A stretch of 64,000 nt of DNA from Adineta vaga (lineage: Eukaryota > Animalia > Rotifera), in NCBI GenBank assembly GCA_021613535.1, contig CP075495.1, forward strand, positions 6,944,001 through 7,008,000, written 5' to 3'. Position numbers and translations under genes: made by a program. Below are positions 20,901 through 37,614 of the stretch, piece after piece; positions within the stretch are counted from its first letter, which is position 1, and each line of letters opens with the position of its first letter. The notes below the pieces were generated by a model. That model was not told the origin of the DNA, made no database searches, and saw only the letters and a program-made list of their open reading frames with translations.

Positions 20901-23900
20901 ATAATCATGTTCAAGAGTTTCATAATGTTTCAAATTTTTTTCATACATTTCACAACGTTTTTCTATTGTTAAATGTTCACGTGCTAACTGATCATATTTT
21001 AATTGAAGATTTATAATACGTTCATTCAATGCGCATTCACGTTCTTTAACAATAGTTAAATGATCATGTTCAATCTAAATACGAAATATTACGATAACTT
21101 CGTTTTATCTTCTTATCTCATTTATTCAGTCTACTCAACACTCATCTATTGACATCAAGTACTTTCAACTTAACCTCTTCACTGTCAAGTTAAAACTATC
21201 AGACACAAACCATGAGACATTTCAAAATAGAAAAATGACTTACTTGTAATTGACTTATTTGTTGCATCATATCTCCAATTCGATCTTGTAAACGTTTATT
21301 TTCTTGTTCAATATCTTCAAATTTCGCTGTTGTTTCCATTTGTTCTCGTTGTTGAATTGCATTTAATTTGAATTGGAGATGCTTATTCTGTGCTTCATAT
21401 TCTGAACGTGTTTTTTCATATTCAATTCTTTGATCTTGTATTTGATTGTGTAATATTAGTTTTTCTTTCGCTAATTGATCATTTTTCATTTCTAAACATT
21501 GAAGATTATTTAAATATTCATTGACTTGTTCATTTAATAGTTGTATATGAATATTTTGTTTATCTTCATCAAGACGTTTTCGATGTATATCAATTTCATA
21601 TCGTTCTTTTAAAGCAATTAATTGATCATTTAATTGTTTATTTTCTATATCATATTTTAATAAACGATTCTTAATTGTTTGCTGAATTTGAGATGTAATC
21701 GATGATGAACGTGTTTCATCCGATTCATAACGAGATTTAATTTCACGTATTTCATCATTTAATGTATCGACTGTATGTGAACTAGAATTTAAATCTAATT
21801 CAAGACGAACTCGATCTTCGAGTAAATGTGAAAGTTTTTCTTGAATTTGATCGCGTTCATTTGTGATAGTTTCAATATCATATTTAAATTTCATTATTTC
21901 AGTTTCACTTTGTAACATTTTATTGATACGTTGTCGATATTCTAAAATGATAGAAATAAGTAAATTTGAAATTCAACAAGAAATTGATTACCTTTAATTT
22001 GTTGTTCAAGATGAGATTGATCTTGTAAAAGAATGTGATCTGAAAGAAAAAATAATAATTAATGAGATCTGTTTTCGTACGTAGACGTAAAAGAATCTTA
22101 CTTTCATTTTGTAATTCTTCTATTTGATTTTTCAATGTATCAATTTCATGAAAGCGTTTATTATACTTCTCTAATTCTTGTTCATGTTTGTCTTTTTCGC
22201 GTAATTTATAATTTAATGAATCAATTTCATCTCGATAAACTCTTGCTAAACGAACACTTTGATTCAGTTCAATATTTTCAGTTTTAAGACGATTTAATTC
22301 CTTTTGTAATAAATCTAATTCTTCTCGCATAGTTTCAATTGTATCCATTTTCTCATCCCTAAATTAAAATAACAATAACAAAAGATTCGTTTAGAAATTA
22401 CAAGAAAAGAAAATAACTTACAATTCTGTTTTCATTTGACGCATTTTTGTTTTATAATCAGTGATTTCAATACCGGGATTTTTCGTTTCTAAATCATTTA
22501 AAAATGTATTTAATGATGTTTGACTTAATGTTGGATGAAGATTCGTTCCACTACTACTACCACTATTTCCACCTATATTGATTAAATTTGATGAACTTGA
22601 TTGATACAATTCAAGTTTTTGTTTTAAACTTTCTTTATCTTGTTCTAATTCAAGAATTTCTTCAAAATAATGATCACGTTCGTTAATTAAATTTGCTAAA
22701 TTTGTAAATAAATATTTCAAACGTTTATCATTATCTGTATTGAAATCATCCGTGAAAAAATATTCTTGTGGTTGAACAAGAGTATTGATTTCATTTGTTA
22801 ATTCTTCAATATGTGGCATCAAAGATTGTTGAACTGATTCATCTAATGTTGTTAAATGTTGAATATGTATTTCTTTTTGATCACCACCCGATACGGAACA
22901 TGCAAATAATAATAATAGAATGCGTTCAATTTCGTCAAACGAATATTCTGAATGAAATGAGAAATTTGTTTGAATAATATGATATAATGTAAAAAAAAGC
23001 AAGCAAGTTTAGCAACAAATATAGCGAAAAGATTACATCATTGGCATGCGTATCTATATTCTTTGAGAATAGAATAAATTATTTTTTGACCGTTGGCGAT
23101 CGTTGTATATGATTTACAGAATACTGATTGCAATAACACATATTTGACCTTGCTAAATCGTCTGTTCATTATCTGTTTGTTCTTAGAAGTTATATGATAT
23201 TCCCTTTTCTATAATCAATTCTGGGAAAAAAAGAAGTTGGTCAACTGCTGATAGACCCTCGAGGCTAGCAATCTATTCTTTTATATTGTCAATCAACAGA
23301 CAAGAAAAGTAATCTATAATCTACAATGCTAGATAAATAAGAACCTCATATTATATATCATCACTTTTCAAAAAAGTATTTGTTCCACAATATCTAACAG
23401 TATGATAAAGAGACTGATCTTTTTTTTAAACCTTGACTTATAGTTACCAAGAATAATTATGAATGAAACCTTACAAAAACTAGCCTCATTTACATTTACC
23501 TTATTCTATTAAAACTCAAAAATAGAAATTATGACAGAAAAAAAACAACTTTTTCTTGTGCTACAAAACCAACCTGCATATGGATCATGAGCAATAACAT
23601 AAATGTTAGGCAATTTAGCCACAATTGTATAGCGAAGCACATCCTTCAGGCAATCAAAGCATATGAACAACAAAGCAAAAAGAAAAAAAAGTCCTACTTG
23701 TACGAATGATCGAATACTTCGTAGAATAAAATCTAAATTTACTAATCGACTACTTGTATCTGCTGCTTCATTTGGTAAACGAGAATTTTGTAATCGAGGA
23801 TCACTAATCGATGAAAAAAAAACAAACAAATCTTTTATTTTTTTTCTTTTCTATTTTGTTCATTCACTTACATTGAACGAATAATTGCATGAAAGCATGT

Positions 23901-24023
23901 ACTATTGATTAATTGTTCATAGGATAATTTATTTTCGATTTTAAGAAAATTTTCAGCCCAAAGAATTAATGGATGTTTTAAAAATTCATTTGTATCGCGT
24001 GTAACTATCGAAATCGTATTCAT
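17931..24023 (-). CDS. CCDC88: Girdin/Daple (CCDC88, HOOK-related) coiled-coil protein, multi-exon
   Basis: N-terminal HOOK-like domain (FLKHPLILWAENF, DPRLQNSRLP, RLVNLDFILRSIRSF, ERILLLLFACSV). Long coiled coil containing ARVYRDEIDSL and LMRQKELLEMKIMEQYK. C-terminus FITEFGAI* resembles the Daple/Girdin WYEYGCV end. Start codon approximate. Confidence 0.85.
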
Positions 24024-25238
24024 ATCCTATAACAACAACAACAACACTCAAAATGAAATGTTCTCTATCTCTTTCTAACTGACCGATCGGACAAATTTAC
24101 TCACTGGCGCTACCGTACATTTGACCAGCAATAATGTATGTGGCGCACACTGTCTTGAACATAAAAAGTCAATTGCAGAACACGCAGAATAGAGTATAGA
24201 TTTCAATAAAAAAACGTCTGAATCAAAATGGACCATTGTATTCTACAGTTCATTAACTTCATCATCAACAAAAAAAATCAAAAATCATGAATGCTGTGAG
24301 AGTAGTCATATTCGAAACGGAATGTGTAAAACTAATGGGAATGAAATAACTTATCAATAATACACATTCATGTCTTATTTCTTGAAAGTATACGAATTTA
24401 ACCTGAATATCAGAGTCAATATTCTCACGATTAATTTAAAATTTAAATTTTATGAAAATGTACATTTTAATGAATGAAAACTAATGATTGTTAGACAGAC
24501 AGTAAAACGTTTTATTTCACTATGGTGATTATCAATAGACGTTCATTGACGTTTCATCTAGACTTGTATGAACTAAAAAAAAAGGTTAATTCATATTTCT
24601 TCTGATTAATATTTCAAAAAAATCTTCAACGATCATTGACCGAGAAAAGTCATTTGTAAACTCGCGGATATTACTGATTATACTTTCCTCGTATTTTTCC
24701 GCATTTTTTATATAGAAAACTAACGGCATCTACTGCTACATTTACTTAGACTATATTTACTGATTGGTTTTGCAGATCTAGATGTGAGCTATTCAGATCT
24801 TAGTAGTATGTATGTATGTGCAACACATGCAATTATTACTATCATCTCTATTTCTCTCCGTTCTTGTTCTTTTTCTTTTTCTACCGACAACGTTATTTTT
24901 TCGAGTAGAATGTGTTGTTTTCTCGTTGAAATAGCATTGAGGCAAACGTTAATATGCGCGTGCAATGTAAGAACAATGACATATACTACAAATAAGAAGA
25001 ACAAAATACGATTTATCTTTGAAAAACAATTGTCGACAAGGGGTTTGAATGGCAACTACACAGGAAAAAGATTATCTGTCATGTCCATCATGTAAGTTGA
25101 AGGTTAAGAATTGTTTTATTTAAACTGATAAGAAGAGATCAAAGACACTCGATGATAATAAAAGAAGAAGAAGAAGAAGAAGAAGAACGACCAAAGACGA
25201 AAGAAAATTAACAACCATTTTCTCTTTTCTTTTCGTTT

Positions 25239-27198
25239 ATGAATTACGTAGCTTCAAATGACGAACAGAATAATGTTGAAACCAACAATTACTCAATTAC
25301 ACCTAGAACATATAAAGTTTATCCACGACGGTTTGCGATTCTAACTATTTTTTGTATATGTTCATTATCAAGTGGTTTTCAATGGATTGAATATGTAATT
25401 ATACAAAATATTATCGTACGATATTATAATGAAAGTTTACCTGGAGATGATGATGCAAAAAATAATGCTGTGACTTGGACTAGTCTTAGTTATATGGTAA
25501 CCTATATTAAGAATTCTTGTTCAATGAAGTATACAAACATATCATTAATATTTAAATAGGTTACTTATATTCCATTGATGTTTCCAGCCATGTGGCTATT
25601 GGATCGTTATGGAATGAAAATAACATGTTCAACGGGTGCTTTTCTTAATTGCCTTGGTGCAGTGATAAAATGCTTTAGTGTAGGAACAAATCGTTGGTGG
25701 ATTGCATTTACAGGACAAATAGTTTGTGCATGTGCACAATCATTTACATTAGGTAAATGAATTTAAATAATGTTAAAAAAATCAATATTGATCGGTAATT
25801 TTTAAGGTATTCCACCATATTTAGCAGCTACTTGGTTTAGTAGTGATAGTGTTTCAACCGTAACAGCTATTGCTGTTTTTGGAAATCAAGTATGATACAA
25901 TAATCATATTTCCAATTAAATTTCATCTTGAATTTAGGTTGGTATTGCATTGGGATTTTTTATTCCAACAATATTAGTGCCAGATGTACAAGATATTGAT
26001 TTGATTGGTGAACGTTTAAGATTATTATACTATATTGTGACATTTATTTCTTTGATATGTTTTATTAGTATGGTTATTGGTAGGTTAAATTAAGAATATG
26101 ATTTTCATTGATTGAATACGATTCAATCTTATTTATTAAGTTTTCCGTGGTCGTCCGCCAACACCACCTTCGCGAGCACAGGAAATGGCTCTTCAAACAT
26201 CTGAACAAAATTATTTACAAACCTTAAAACGTTTACTAATGAATCGATGGTTTCTTCTTTTGTTAATTTCTTACGGTAGTTTTTCATTGATTAGAAAAGA
26301 AAGAAAGAAAGAAAATCTTTTCACTATTTTATTGTTCAATAGGTCTAAATACGGGTGCTTTTTATTCTCTTTCAACGTTATTAAATCCTGTGTACTTGTG
26401 GTATTTTGATGTAAGTGAATGGAAATATACGATGAAAACGGTAGTTCAACATATTTGTTTTTAAATTATAGAAAAAAACAGAGCACGCTAGTCGATATGT
26501 CGGTACAATTGGAATGCTTATGATTATTGGTGGTATTTTTGGTAGTCTTGTTGGTGGATATATTTTAGATAGATCTAAAGCTTACAAGTAATTATAACCA
26601 TATGGTTCTTCTTCAAACAGTAAAAGCTTCAATGATTTTCTTTATATTCAAAATAGAACAGTGACATTTGCTGTTTATGTTCTCTCGTTTTTATCGATGT
26701 TATTGTTTACATCAACTGTACATCTTCATGAATATGTTGCTTTCATCACAATGACGATCGTTGGGTAAGAAGATTTTGATCTTTCCATATAGTTTGATGA
26801 TCTTTTTTATAGGTTTTTTATGACCGGATATTTACCTGTTGGTTTTGAATATGGTGTAGAAATTACTTATCCAGAAAATGAAGCAATATCAAGTAGTTTA
26901 TTAAATGTTAGCGCTCAGGTAAGACTTTTGAAAATATAACGGATTGTATGAAAATAATTCCTAGTAGATCTTTGGTTTATGTACAACGCAAATTCAAGAA
27001 TATTTAATATTCAAACAACGTAAAGTTCTTCTTTCAAATATCGTATTATGTATTATTCTTGTTGTTGGTACAATTATCACTTTACTTATTCGTTCACCTT
27101 TACGTCGACAAAATGCTCAACTTAGTGTTGACAATTTGCTGGATAACACTGGATCACTTGCTGTTGTTTCGAATACTACTTCAACAGTGAATGCATGA
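25239..27198 (+). CDS. FLVCR: FLVCR-family (SLC49) MFS transporter (choline/ethanolamine/heme-related)
   Basis: Motifs [72 protein letters not shown] and [17 protein letters not shown]; about 10 exons with GT-AG introns. Confidence 0.92.
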
Positions 27199-28286
27199 AA
27201 ATATCATGAATGTTGTGAAAATTTTGTTTGAAATGGTAGAACATTTGTTCTTTTCTTCCCAATTGTTAAAATTAGAATTTCTAGTTGATTTCGTATATTA
27301 ATAATAATAATAAATCTGTATTGTTATTAATCATCGTATTTTTTAGCACATCAATTTCGTATGAAAATGATAATACAAAAGACATTTACACTTCAAGTGT
27401 AATATTGTTTTAAAAGAATCCCCCCGAAATGAGAAAATGTGTTCTGAGTCTGCTGCAAATCTATGTCAAATATTGGCAGCGGGGTCATTATATAACGTCT
27501 TGGTTCATGTATAATTAGACTATTTTTCTTCAATCATGCGTCATATTCACTTCTTCTAGAATCTAAAGTCATAGAAACAAAGATTAGAAATGCTTGGTTC
27601 CATAGTGATTCTCTATATCGTTACATTTGAAATATTTTTTATTTTAAATACGAATCACAACAATTTTGGCTAGTCTTTATCGATATCAATTACTTCGTGC
27701 TTAGTTTCTAATGGTTGAGATCGGCTATCAATTGTATATGCCATATTCATGGAGTTTGAACAAGGATCGAAAGTAATAGTTTATTGCAAAATAAATAACG
27801 TTTGTTCTATGCGTCAGCAGCATATAACTGTCTTCCGAAATGTACCTTGAAGATTACGTCACAAAAATGACACATATCAGTTGCATATTGAATACTGAGA
27901 ACAGTGCGAAAAACAATGATGTATAACTTATAGTAAAACGAATGTCCTGAAATGGAACAGTACACACGTCAAGTAGTTGAAAGAAGAGACACTTCTATTG
28001 ATATCAATGACAAACATCAATTGTCTATTCATAGTGATTTGATTTACCATGAAACAGTGAAAACAATTTAGTTTGAATGTTTATTAAACATTAAGATATA
28101 GTTATGAAGGAATTTATTTTCCTTCGTTTAAATACAGACGTTACTGAACAAAAATAATATTAGTATTTAGCTGTAGACATTTTGTTTTCTTTTGTTAGGA
28201 TTATCACCCTTTGGTAAAAAAAGCTATACTACGTTTGAATAAGGTTAGTCTTGATAGATTTATTCATTTGCATTAGTATCAAGCTG

Positions 28287-30366
28287 TTATTCTTCTTTAG
28301 ATGCTAAACTCATTTGGGATGTTTGATATTCTGATCTTTCTAAAGTCGAATCGTTATCATCGCTCATTTTTTTTTCAAATTGTTCTTGTTCTTGTTCTTC
28401 TTCTTCTTGTTCTTCTTCTTCTCGTTCCTCATCTACTTCATGTATAGTCATATTTTGTCGTAGGTCTTGTAGTGGTGATTTCCTAAGTAAGACAGGTGAT
28501 GTTGATCGATCTGATGAAGGTGATTTTCTTTTGGATTTATTATTTGATGAATAACGAGAATGTGTTTTATAATTCTCTTTTTCTAATGTCGGTGGAGAAT
28601 AGAGTGCTGATGATGGAACCGAATCGTTAGATGATATCAGATGATGTTCATTTTCTTTTGCTGATGATAACAAAGAAGATAAAGTTGGTGAACCGTAATA
28701 TTCTTTTATGCGACGTTTTTCACGTTGTTGTTGACAAATAGCACAATCATATTCTGATACTGATGAACCTGAATGATGACGACGTCGACGCGACAGAAAT
28801 GATACACGATTACCATGCCCATGTGCCAAAGGTTTAGGATTCTCAGTTGCATACAATCGTCGTTTGCTTTTCTTTTTGCTAACGGTCGTTGTAACCATTT
28901 GAGTAACCGAATCTTTTGGTAACCAACCAGAATCGGAAACGAGTTCTCCACATAAGATAGGAGGAAGAACTGGATCGGTACGTGGTGTCGATGAATATAT
29001 ATTATGATGTGTTAGAGAAAAACGTGGTATAGACGGTATATAACGACGAAAACGATCAGAAGAAGTTTCACCAGTGCCATCAGATCGACGGCGAGATTTA
29101 GCCTTACTTGCGGTAACATTTCCATTATGACTTGTGTTTAACGAAGCAATAGACAAACTAGATAAGATTGGTTGACCAATTAATGAATTCGATTGATCAT
29201 ATGAATTATAGACTGGTAATGTACCTCTTGTTGAGTCATTATATGTAATTGATTGCTGACTTGAATCATAATGAGATGCTAATACCGTATGTTGTCCTAT
29301 AGCACCATTTGTATATGCTCCGTGAGATGACTGTAAAGAATCAGCACATACAAGAGGTAAAGGTTGTTGTGGATTAGCAATAATAGGTGGAGCAACAACG
29401 GATACAGGTTGCACGACTGGTACTTGTTGAACACAAGGTACTGGCATAGGAGCAGGATATGGAGCAGGATATGGTTGAGGCGCACTGACAGGACGCGGAT
29501 AATAAGTTGCAGCTGGAGGCATAACTGGAGGTGCAGATGGTACACAGGATTGTGCACCATAGCTATAGGGAGGTGTATTATTGCTGTATGCTGGTGAGGA
29601 CAATAGAGGATTTGGTGTACCATACGGAATAGTCATGACCATACCAACATTATTGGGAAAATCGATTGCTGGAGGACGATAAGGCATTGGACCGGTAGTT
29701 AAAGCAGACATAAATGATGCTGGCGTCATCCAATTAACAGGATTCGTCGATGCCATCGGATACATACCTTGTACTAATGGATTAAATGCAATAGGTAATG
29801 GTGTAGCAGCAGCCATCATTGGAGCATTCATTGGCATACTATATGACTGTGGCATACAACAAGGCATCGATGGCATACTATATGATTGTCGCATAGGACA
29901 GAACATAGCCGACATATTCGGCATCATTGCTCCAGCACCACTACCAGGAAAACTAGCATTACCAAGTGCACCCATCCCTTGCATTTGTCTATACTGTGCA
30001 AAGCTATTCATCGCAAATGGCATCATTTGCATTGTAGTGTTACCCAGATAATAGTTTCCATAGTTCCATGGAGGAACTCCAGGCATTTGGTTTAATCCTA
30101 AATGAAACATGAGAATCAAATTTGTTTTTGTTCTCTTAAAAGTACTATATACCTTGAGCATATAAACCACCATACCTAGTGGGTCGAGGAACCGTAGGTC
30201 CTCTATATAGATTGCCAATTGTTTGAGTTGGTACATAATCAAATCCATTTTCTGTGTAAGCACCATATGCACTTAATCCACCACTGGGATTATAGGTTGC
30301 TGGAGGTGGTACAGGACTGTAGAAGGGATCTGTTGCTGCCCGGTTCCTACCGAAGCGACCTCCCAT
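28287..30366 (-). CDS. Orphan low-complexity protein of about 674 aa (Pro/Met/Tyr-rich N-half, Ser/Arg-rich and acidic C-half), 2 exons (30366-30153, 30097-28287)
   Basis: ORF 30145..30366 joins ORF 28287..30272 in frame across a 55-nt GT-AG intron; long, relatively GC-rich open frame; no recognisable domain. Confidence 0.8.
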
Positions 30367-31248
30367 TATTACTTATCTTTATAAGCGTTGATTTAAATCT
30401 ATCAATGTCGCTTATCTCAATATTTATGCGTCACATTAATATGTTCGTCTTCCAACAACGATGTTAACAAAAAATATGTGGTTCGATAAACATATGAATG
30501 GTTATTGGCGAGTGATTTTTCTTCCTTCGAAAAGACACCTTCTCTCCCTTCCGTTGCAGTGTGATTTTCTTTAGTTTTCTTTTTCTTCTTTGCTTTCGTT
30601 ATTTCATCAAGCGTGCCTATTCGTCCAAACAAACCACATATACATATATATATATATATATCGAAACATATCAGTAGGCACTTGTATTAAACAGCATGCA
30701 ATACTTTTCAGCCTTGTAAAATTAGAAATACCTTTTCATACGCGAAGGATTGTCTCTGTCGCAAGGTCTCTATTGATAGTATAACCAAAATAATCAGTTG
30801 ATAATCATCACAAATACTCAATATACTCTTAAAAATATTGATAGCATAGCGATAATCATTTATTCTTGTGTACAACAAGGACATATGAACAGACTTCAAT
30901 TTATTATTTCCTTATTTTTTCCTACTGAAATACAATCATTTTCTACCTACAAATGCATTCAAGGTCTTTTATTCAATCAATCAATGTTTCTTCAATAAAT
31001 TTGTTTATAAAATTTCATTTGTTAATTAATACGAAGGTAAATTGTCGATAGGAGTGTAAATAAAAAAGAAAATTACTAAATTATCTCTGTCACATTTATT
31101 ATGTATTGTTTTACGATACAGAGACAAAAGAAAAAACGAAACCAGACAGACACATCAAGGCATATAGAACAAAGACAATGAATCTTGTACAAAAGAAAAA
31201 CACAAAACGAATCTTTCCAGATAAATGTATGTCTCTTATTTCTTCGTA

Positions 31249-33691
<2,443 letters not shown>

Positions 33692-34651
33692 TTGATTTCA
33701 AATAAAACAAATTCTATCTGAAAAAGAAAACAGAAAATTTTGTATTATTGCATCAAATGGAATGGAATGGATATGAAATATAACAGAAACAATTCAATTC
33801 AATTCATATTTGTTTGTTAATCATTCATTCATCCATATTCATCTAACTAATAATCTACAATATAGAGGTCCTCAACCAATTAAACTTTATGAAAACTGTA
33901 GAGGACGTTAACAAACAGCAAGTATCTATCTATGATAATACTATATGCAAAATATAGCATGAAAATACATTTTTGTCTATCAAAGATTTCAAATTTAGGA
34001 AAAATCGATGATTTTAAACTATAAACTGAATGTATCAACCAACCTTGAGAGGTTATATCTCGAAATCATATTTATTAGAAGATCACAAAGTAAGTAAATT
34101 CTTTCAACTCATCTTAGCATATATTCAAGAGATCAATTAGTCATTCAACTCAATATTTCTTCTCAAAATGATCTTATTTCATGTCCTTGATTTTAAAATA
34201 GTCTCTTCACAACTATAATAATTTTTAAAGTTCAATCACGTACATCCGGACGACTGTTTCATTTTATTCCCTGACTAAATAATGATAGTAGGTTAACAAT
34301 GCCAAGGTTAATTGTCAAGACACGATTGACAGGTATTTTAGTCATAAACATCTCAAAGATCACGTCTAGTGCATTTTTAGACTCGAAAAAAAAAATATCT
34401 GTCTCAAAAGTTTTCAATTTCAAATTGATCAAATCAAGGTTTTTTTTCATGAAAATCTAAAATTCTTAAATATTTAGTGTATTTATCATGCAATTGTCTT
34501 GCATGATAGATTTGTTTTTGATTGTTCTTTATAATTCTCTTCGAACATGAAAGTTAAATGATCGAATATTCATCTGAATGTGCGTGTTTCTCTCTCTCTC
34601 TCTTGTTCTCTCTATTCCGGTTGCTGTATGTGGGAATAATATTCTCTCTAT

Positions 34652-36737
34652 ATGTCCTTACCTTGTAACCCAGGTTACTATAAAAAAAAAGAAGAGAAGA
34701 AAGAGGTAAAGGTAAGCACTATTCGTTCCTCTTGTTCTCTCTTTCCTCGTTCATCATCATATACAGTTGAGTTGTACAAAGTGTATAGCCAATTTAACTA
34801 GTCTTGTTATTATGTCTTAGAACTGTAGCTTCAGTCTTTTTCCTTTTTTTTCTTCTTCTTCGTCTTCTCTACTTTTACTTGTCGATAGAGTGGAGATCAC
34901 ACATGCAAAGAGGATTATTCTTTTAGATGGAAAAAAGAAAGAAAGAAAAGACGTTGTTATTGTTGTACGGTATTGTACGTTCTCTCAATTAGACTTTTTT
35001 TCTCTTGTTACTCATAGTATTTTTTTTATCTATAATGAGTAAAGAAAGACAAGCAAACGACTTTCGACACAATTATTTTAGTTTAAAGGATTGATGTTCT
35101 TGTCAACGTTGTATAACATCGAACTAATGTGGTTTTTTTCTTTTTTCGCGCATACTTCACAATTGTCGTCGAGTAAATGTGAAGATGAAGACAACTGTTG
35201 TTCGATTAATATTATAAATCTATATATAGACTTCAATAGACAACTAAATGTTTGACAATATATATATATTACATATGACACCAATCGTACTAGACATCTA
35301 TTATATTCTTAACATTTTCTTCTTTTTTTCTTCTTTAGATCGATGATATCATCAACTACAAGCAATGCAAATCATGTCATGTTTATGATGGGATATAATC
35401 TTTCATTGAACATCAAAAATGTCATCATCAATTCTACGTTCTACTTATAGAAGAATGATGAAATATTTTCTTCGGTAAGTCATTAATTGATATGTATTAT
35501 TTTCTAATAAAGAACAAATCATGTTCAAGTGGTTTCTTTTCTCTTCTTTATTCAATGAAATTCTCTTACGTCACGGAGGAACGAACTCCTTATCGAGTTC
35601 ATTCATACATGTAGTTCAAGGTTTACTTTCTTCTAAGAATATGCATATAGATGTATATATATATATATATACATGGATGTGTGTGTGTGTATAGCATCTC
35701 GTCTTTCACATTTACTTTCTTTTATAGTCATTGGTGTATGGAAATCAAATGTGACGGCAATAAGACGACGAGTCGCAATATTAAAAAGAAAGATCAAGAC
35801 AGTTGCCAAGTATGTGCAAAGAATAACTCTCACTCTTTTCTTTCTCTTCTCTTCTCTTCTCTTTCTTCTTTCCTTGTTTTAACCTACTCATTTTTCGCTT
35901 GAATGAAAAAGTATCTCATCAACGTTTGATGAGATACTATTCAGATCATAAGTACACTAGAACCATGCATATTATCTCTATGAATTAGTTAAATAAAAGA
36001 GAAAATGTGAGAGCAGAGATGCATCTTAATGTCTCTCATGAATTTTCAAGAGTGATTTGTAAATGCTAATTATTTCGTATATTTAGGTGTCAGATGAACA
36101 TGACAAACGAAACAGGTAAAGAAAGTTATTTATCTTTCAATTGAATCTCATTTATCATTTTTGTTTCTTCTACTACTAGTATCAATGAGACAAATTTTTG
36201 TCAAGTATGTGTCAAATATCATAAGCTTAATAAATAGAAAAGAACAAAGAAACATGAATATTTTAGATGACAATAGCTAATCTTGACAAGCAAGGCGATG
36301 ATGATGGAATTCTGTTAGATGCACAACTTGAATGGGAACATGAAGAAGGTAAAATGCTAAGTTTAGTATGAAGAAAAAGATCGAATGATAATAAATAATT
36401 TTCTAGCAAGATTTTTTTCATACGTATGTATTTATCTCCTGTGTTTTCTTCTCTATTTTTACAAATAAAACGAAATGAATTGAAGTGTTTAGCTAATTTC
36501 TAGTTTGATGTTTTATTTTCTTACTTTCTTTCTATCGAATTATTACAAAGAAATTCTATTCTCTTCTTACTCTATTTAGGTATTGAACATAGTCCAAAAG
36601 TATATCGTAAATCTGATCGAGATCTATTAGACATTCTTCTGACACAATCTCCGCATTCCACATCTTCTCCAACATATATTCGTGCACCTCATTGTCCTGA
36701 TTTTGAATGGGATCATTTGTTTGACTTTGCTCTATAG
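34652..36737 (+). CDS. Putative small orphan protein built from microexons, acidic Trp-containing C-terminus
   Basis: Frame-consistent chain of GT-AG exons: MSLPCNPGYYKKKEEKKEVK / IDDIINYKQCKSCH / KNDEIFSS / VSDEHDKRNS / INETNFCQ / MTIANLDKQGDDDGILLDAQLEWEHEE / GIEHSPK...DFEWDHLFDFAL*. The last exons (about 36087-36737) are more secure than the first three. Confidence 0.45.
35910..35938. repeat. 13-bp perfect hairpin (AGTATCTCATCAA-cgt-TTGATGAGATACT)
   Basis: Read directly; lies in an intron of the putative microexon gene. Confidence 0.85.
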
Positions 36738-37614
36738 AGAAAAACATCGAAATGTGTTCATTTTTCTATGTAGTTTCATGTGAACAGTTGAATAAAGAAA
36801 AAACAAAACAGTTGTCTTTTCCTCTAATGTATCTGTGTGATGTTTATTTTTTCTGAATCCTTTTTTTGTCTTCTTTTCTCTTCGATTCGTTATAATTCAC
36901 TCTTGAAGATAGTGTTTCGTCTGGTTTCATTTCTCTCGAAAGGAAAAAATGCAAATAAATCGAAAGCGAATGTTATGGATTAAAATAATCTATAGAAAAT
37001 GATAAATATCCGTGATTTTAATGTGACTACATACTTTTTAGAGAAAGAAAAAGACTGATCGAAGAACAGATAAACGTAGTAGGTTATTCAAGATGTATGA
37101 AGAAAAAACCCAAGGTTGTCTCAAGGATCTGTTATTATGAGAGTAGAATTGGTTGGAATCAAGGAGAATTGATATAGATGTTTCAAGGTAAAATAATAAT
37201 CTCGGGTTTATGTATCGATTCATGGGGTTCAGTAAACCTACGATCAACTTGTAGGATATAATTAATTTAGAAAAGTAAAATAATGTTTACGAAAGGTAAT
37301 TTGAGAAAGGAAACAATACATCGTTATTAAAAGTTGAAATGTTATCAATTGAGATGAATGTTATTTAATTAGAAGAAATATTTCGTAATTATTCGGGTCT
37401 GATTTTATGATGTCTAAAAATAGCATCAGAATCTCTTTCATTCGTATCCAATTATGATTCAAAATGAATAGTTTTTAGAAATAACTTAAAACTTTATTCA
37501 ATGCATTCAACCAATAAAATATATTTGTTAAAAAAAGAATCACGCAAGAAGTAATATCATAATCAAAGTAAACGAGATTCATTGAAAGAAGAACAAGACG
37601 AAAGTTTCTTTTCT

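Noticed and set aside
20624-21016. Antisense or alternative-frame ORFs overlapping real genes (also 29364-29597, 33297-33641, 55912-56175, 58607-58909)
   Set aside because: These are shadows of biased codon usage on the coding strand, with no independent evidence.
30098-30272. N-terminus of the 661-aa ORF as given in the track (MHMVLTQK...)
   Set aside because: It reads through a 55-nt intron in the wrong frame; the spliced model starting at 30366 is more coherent.
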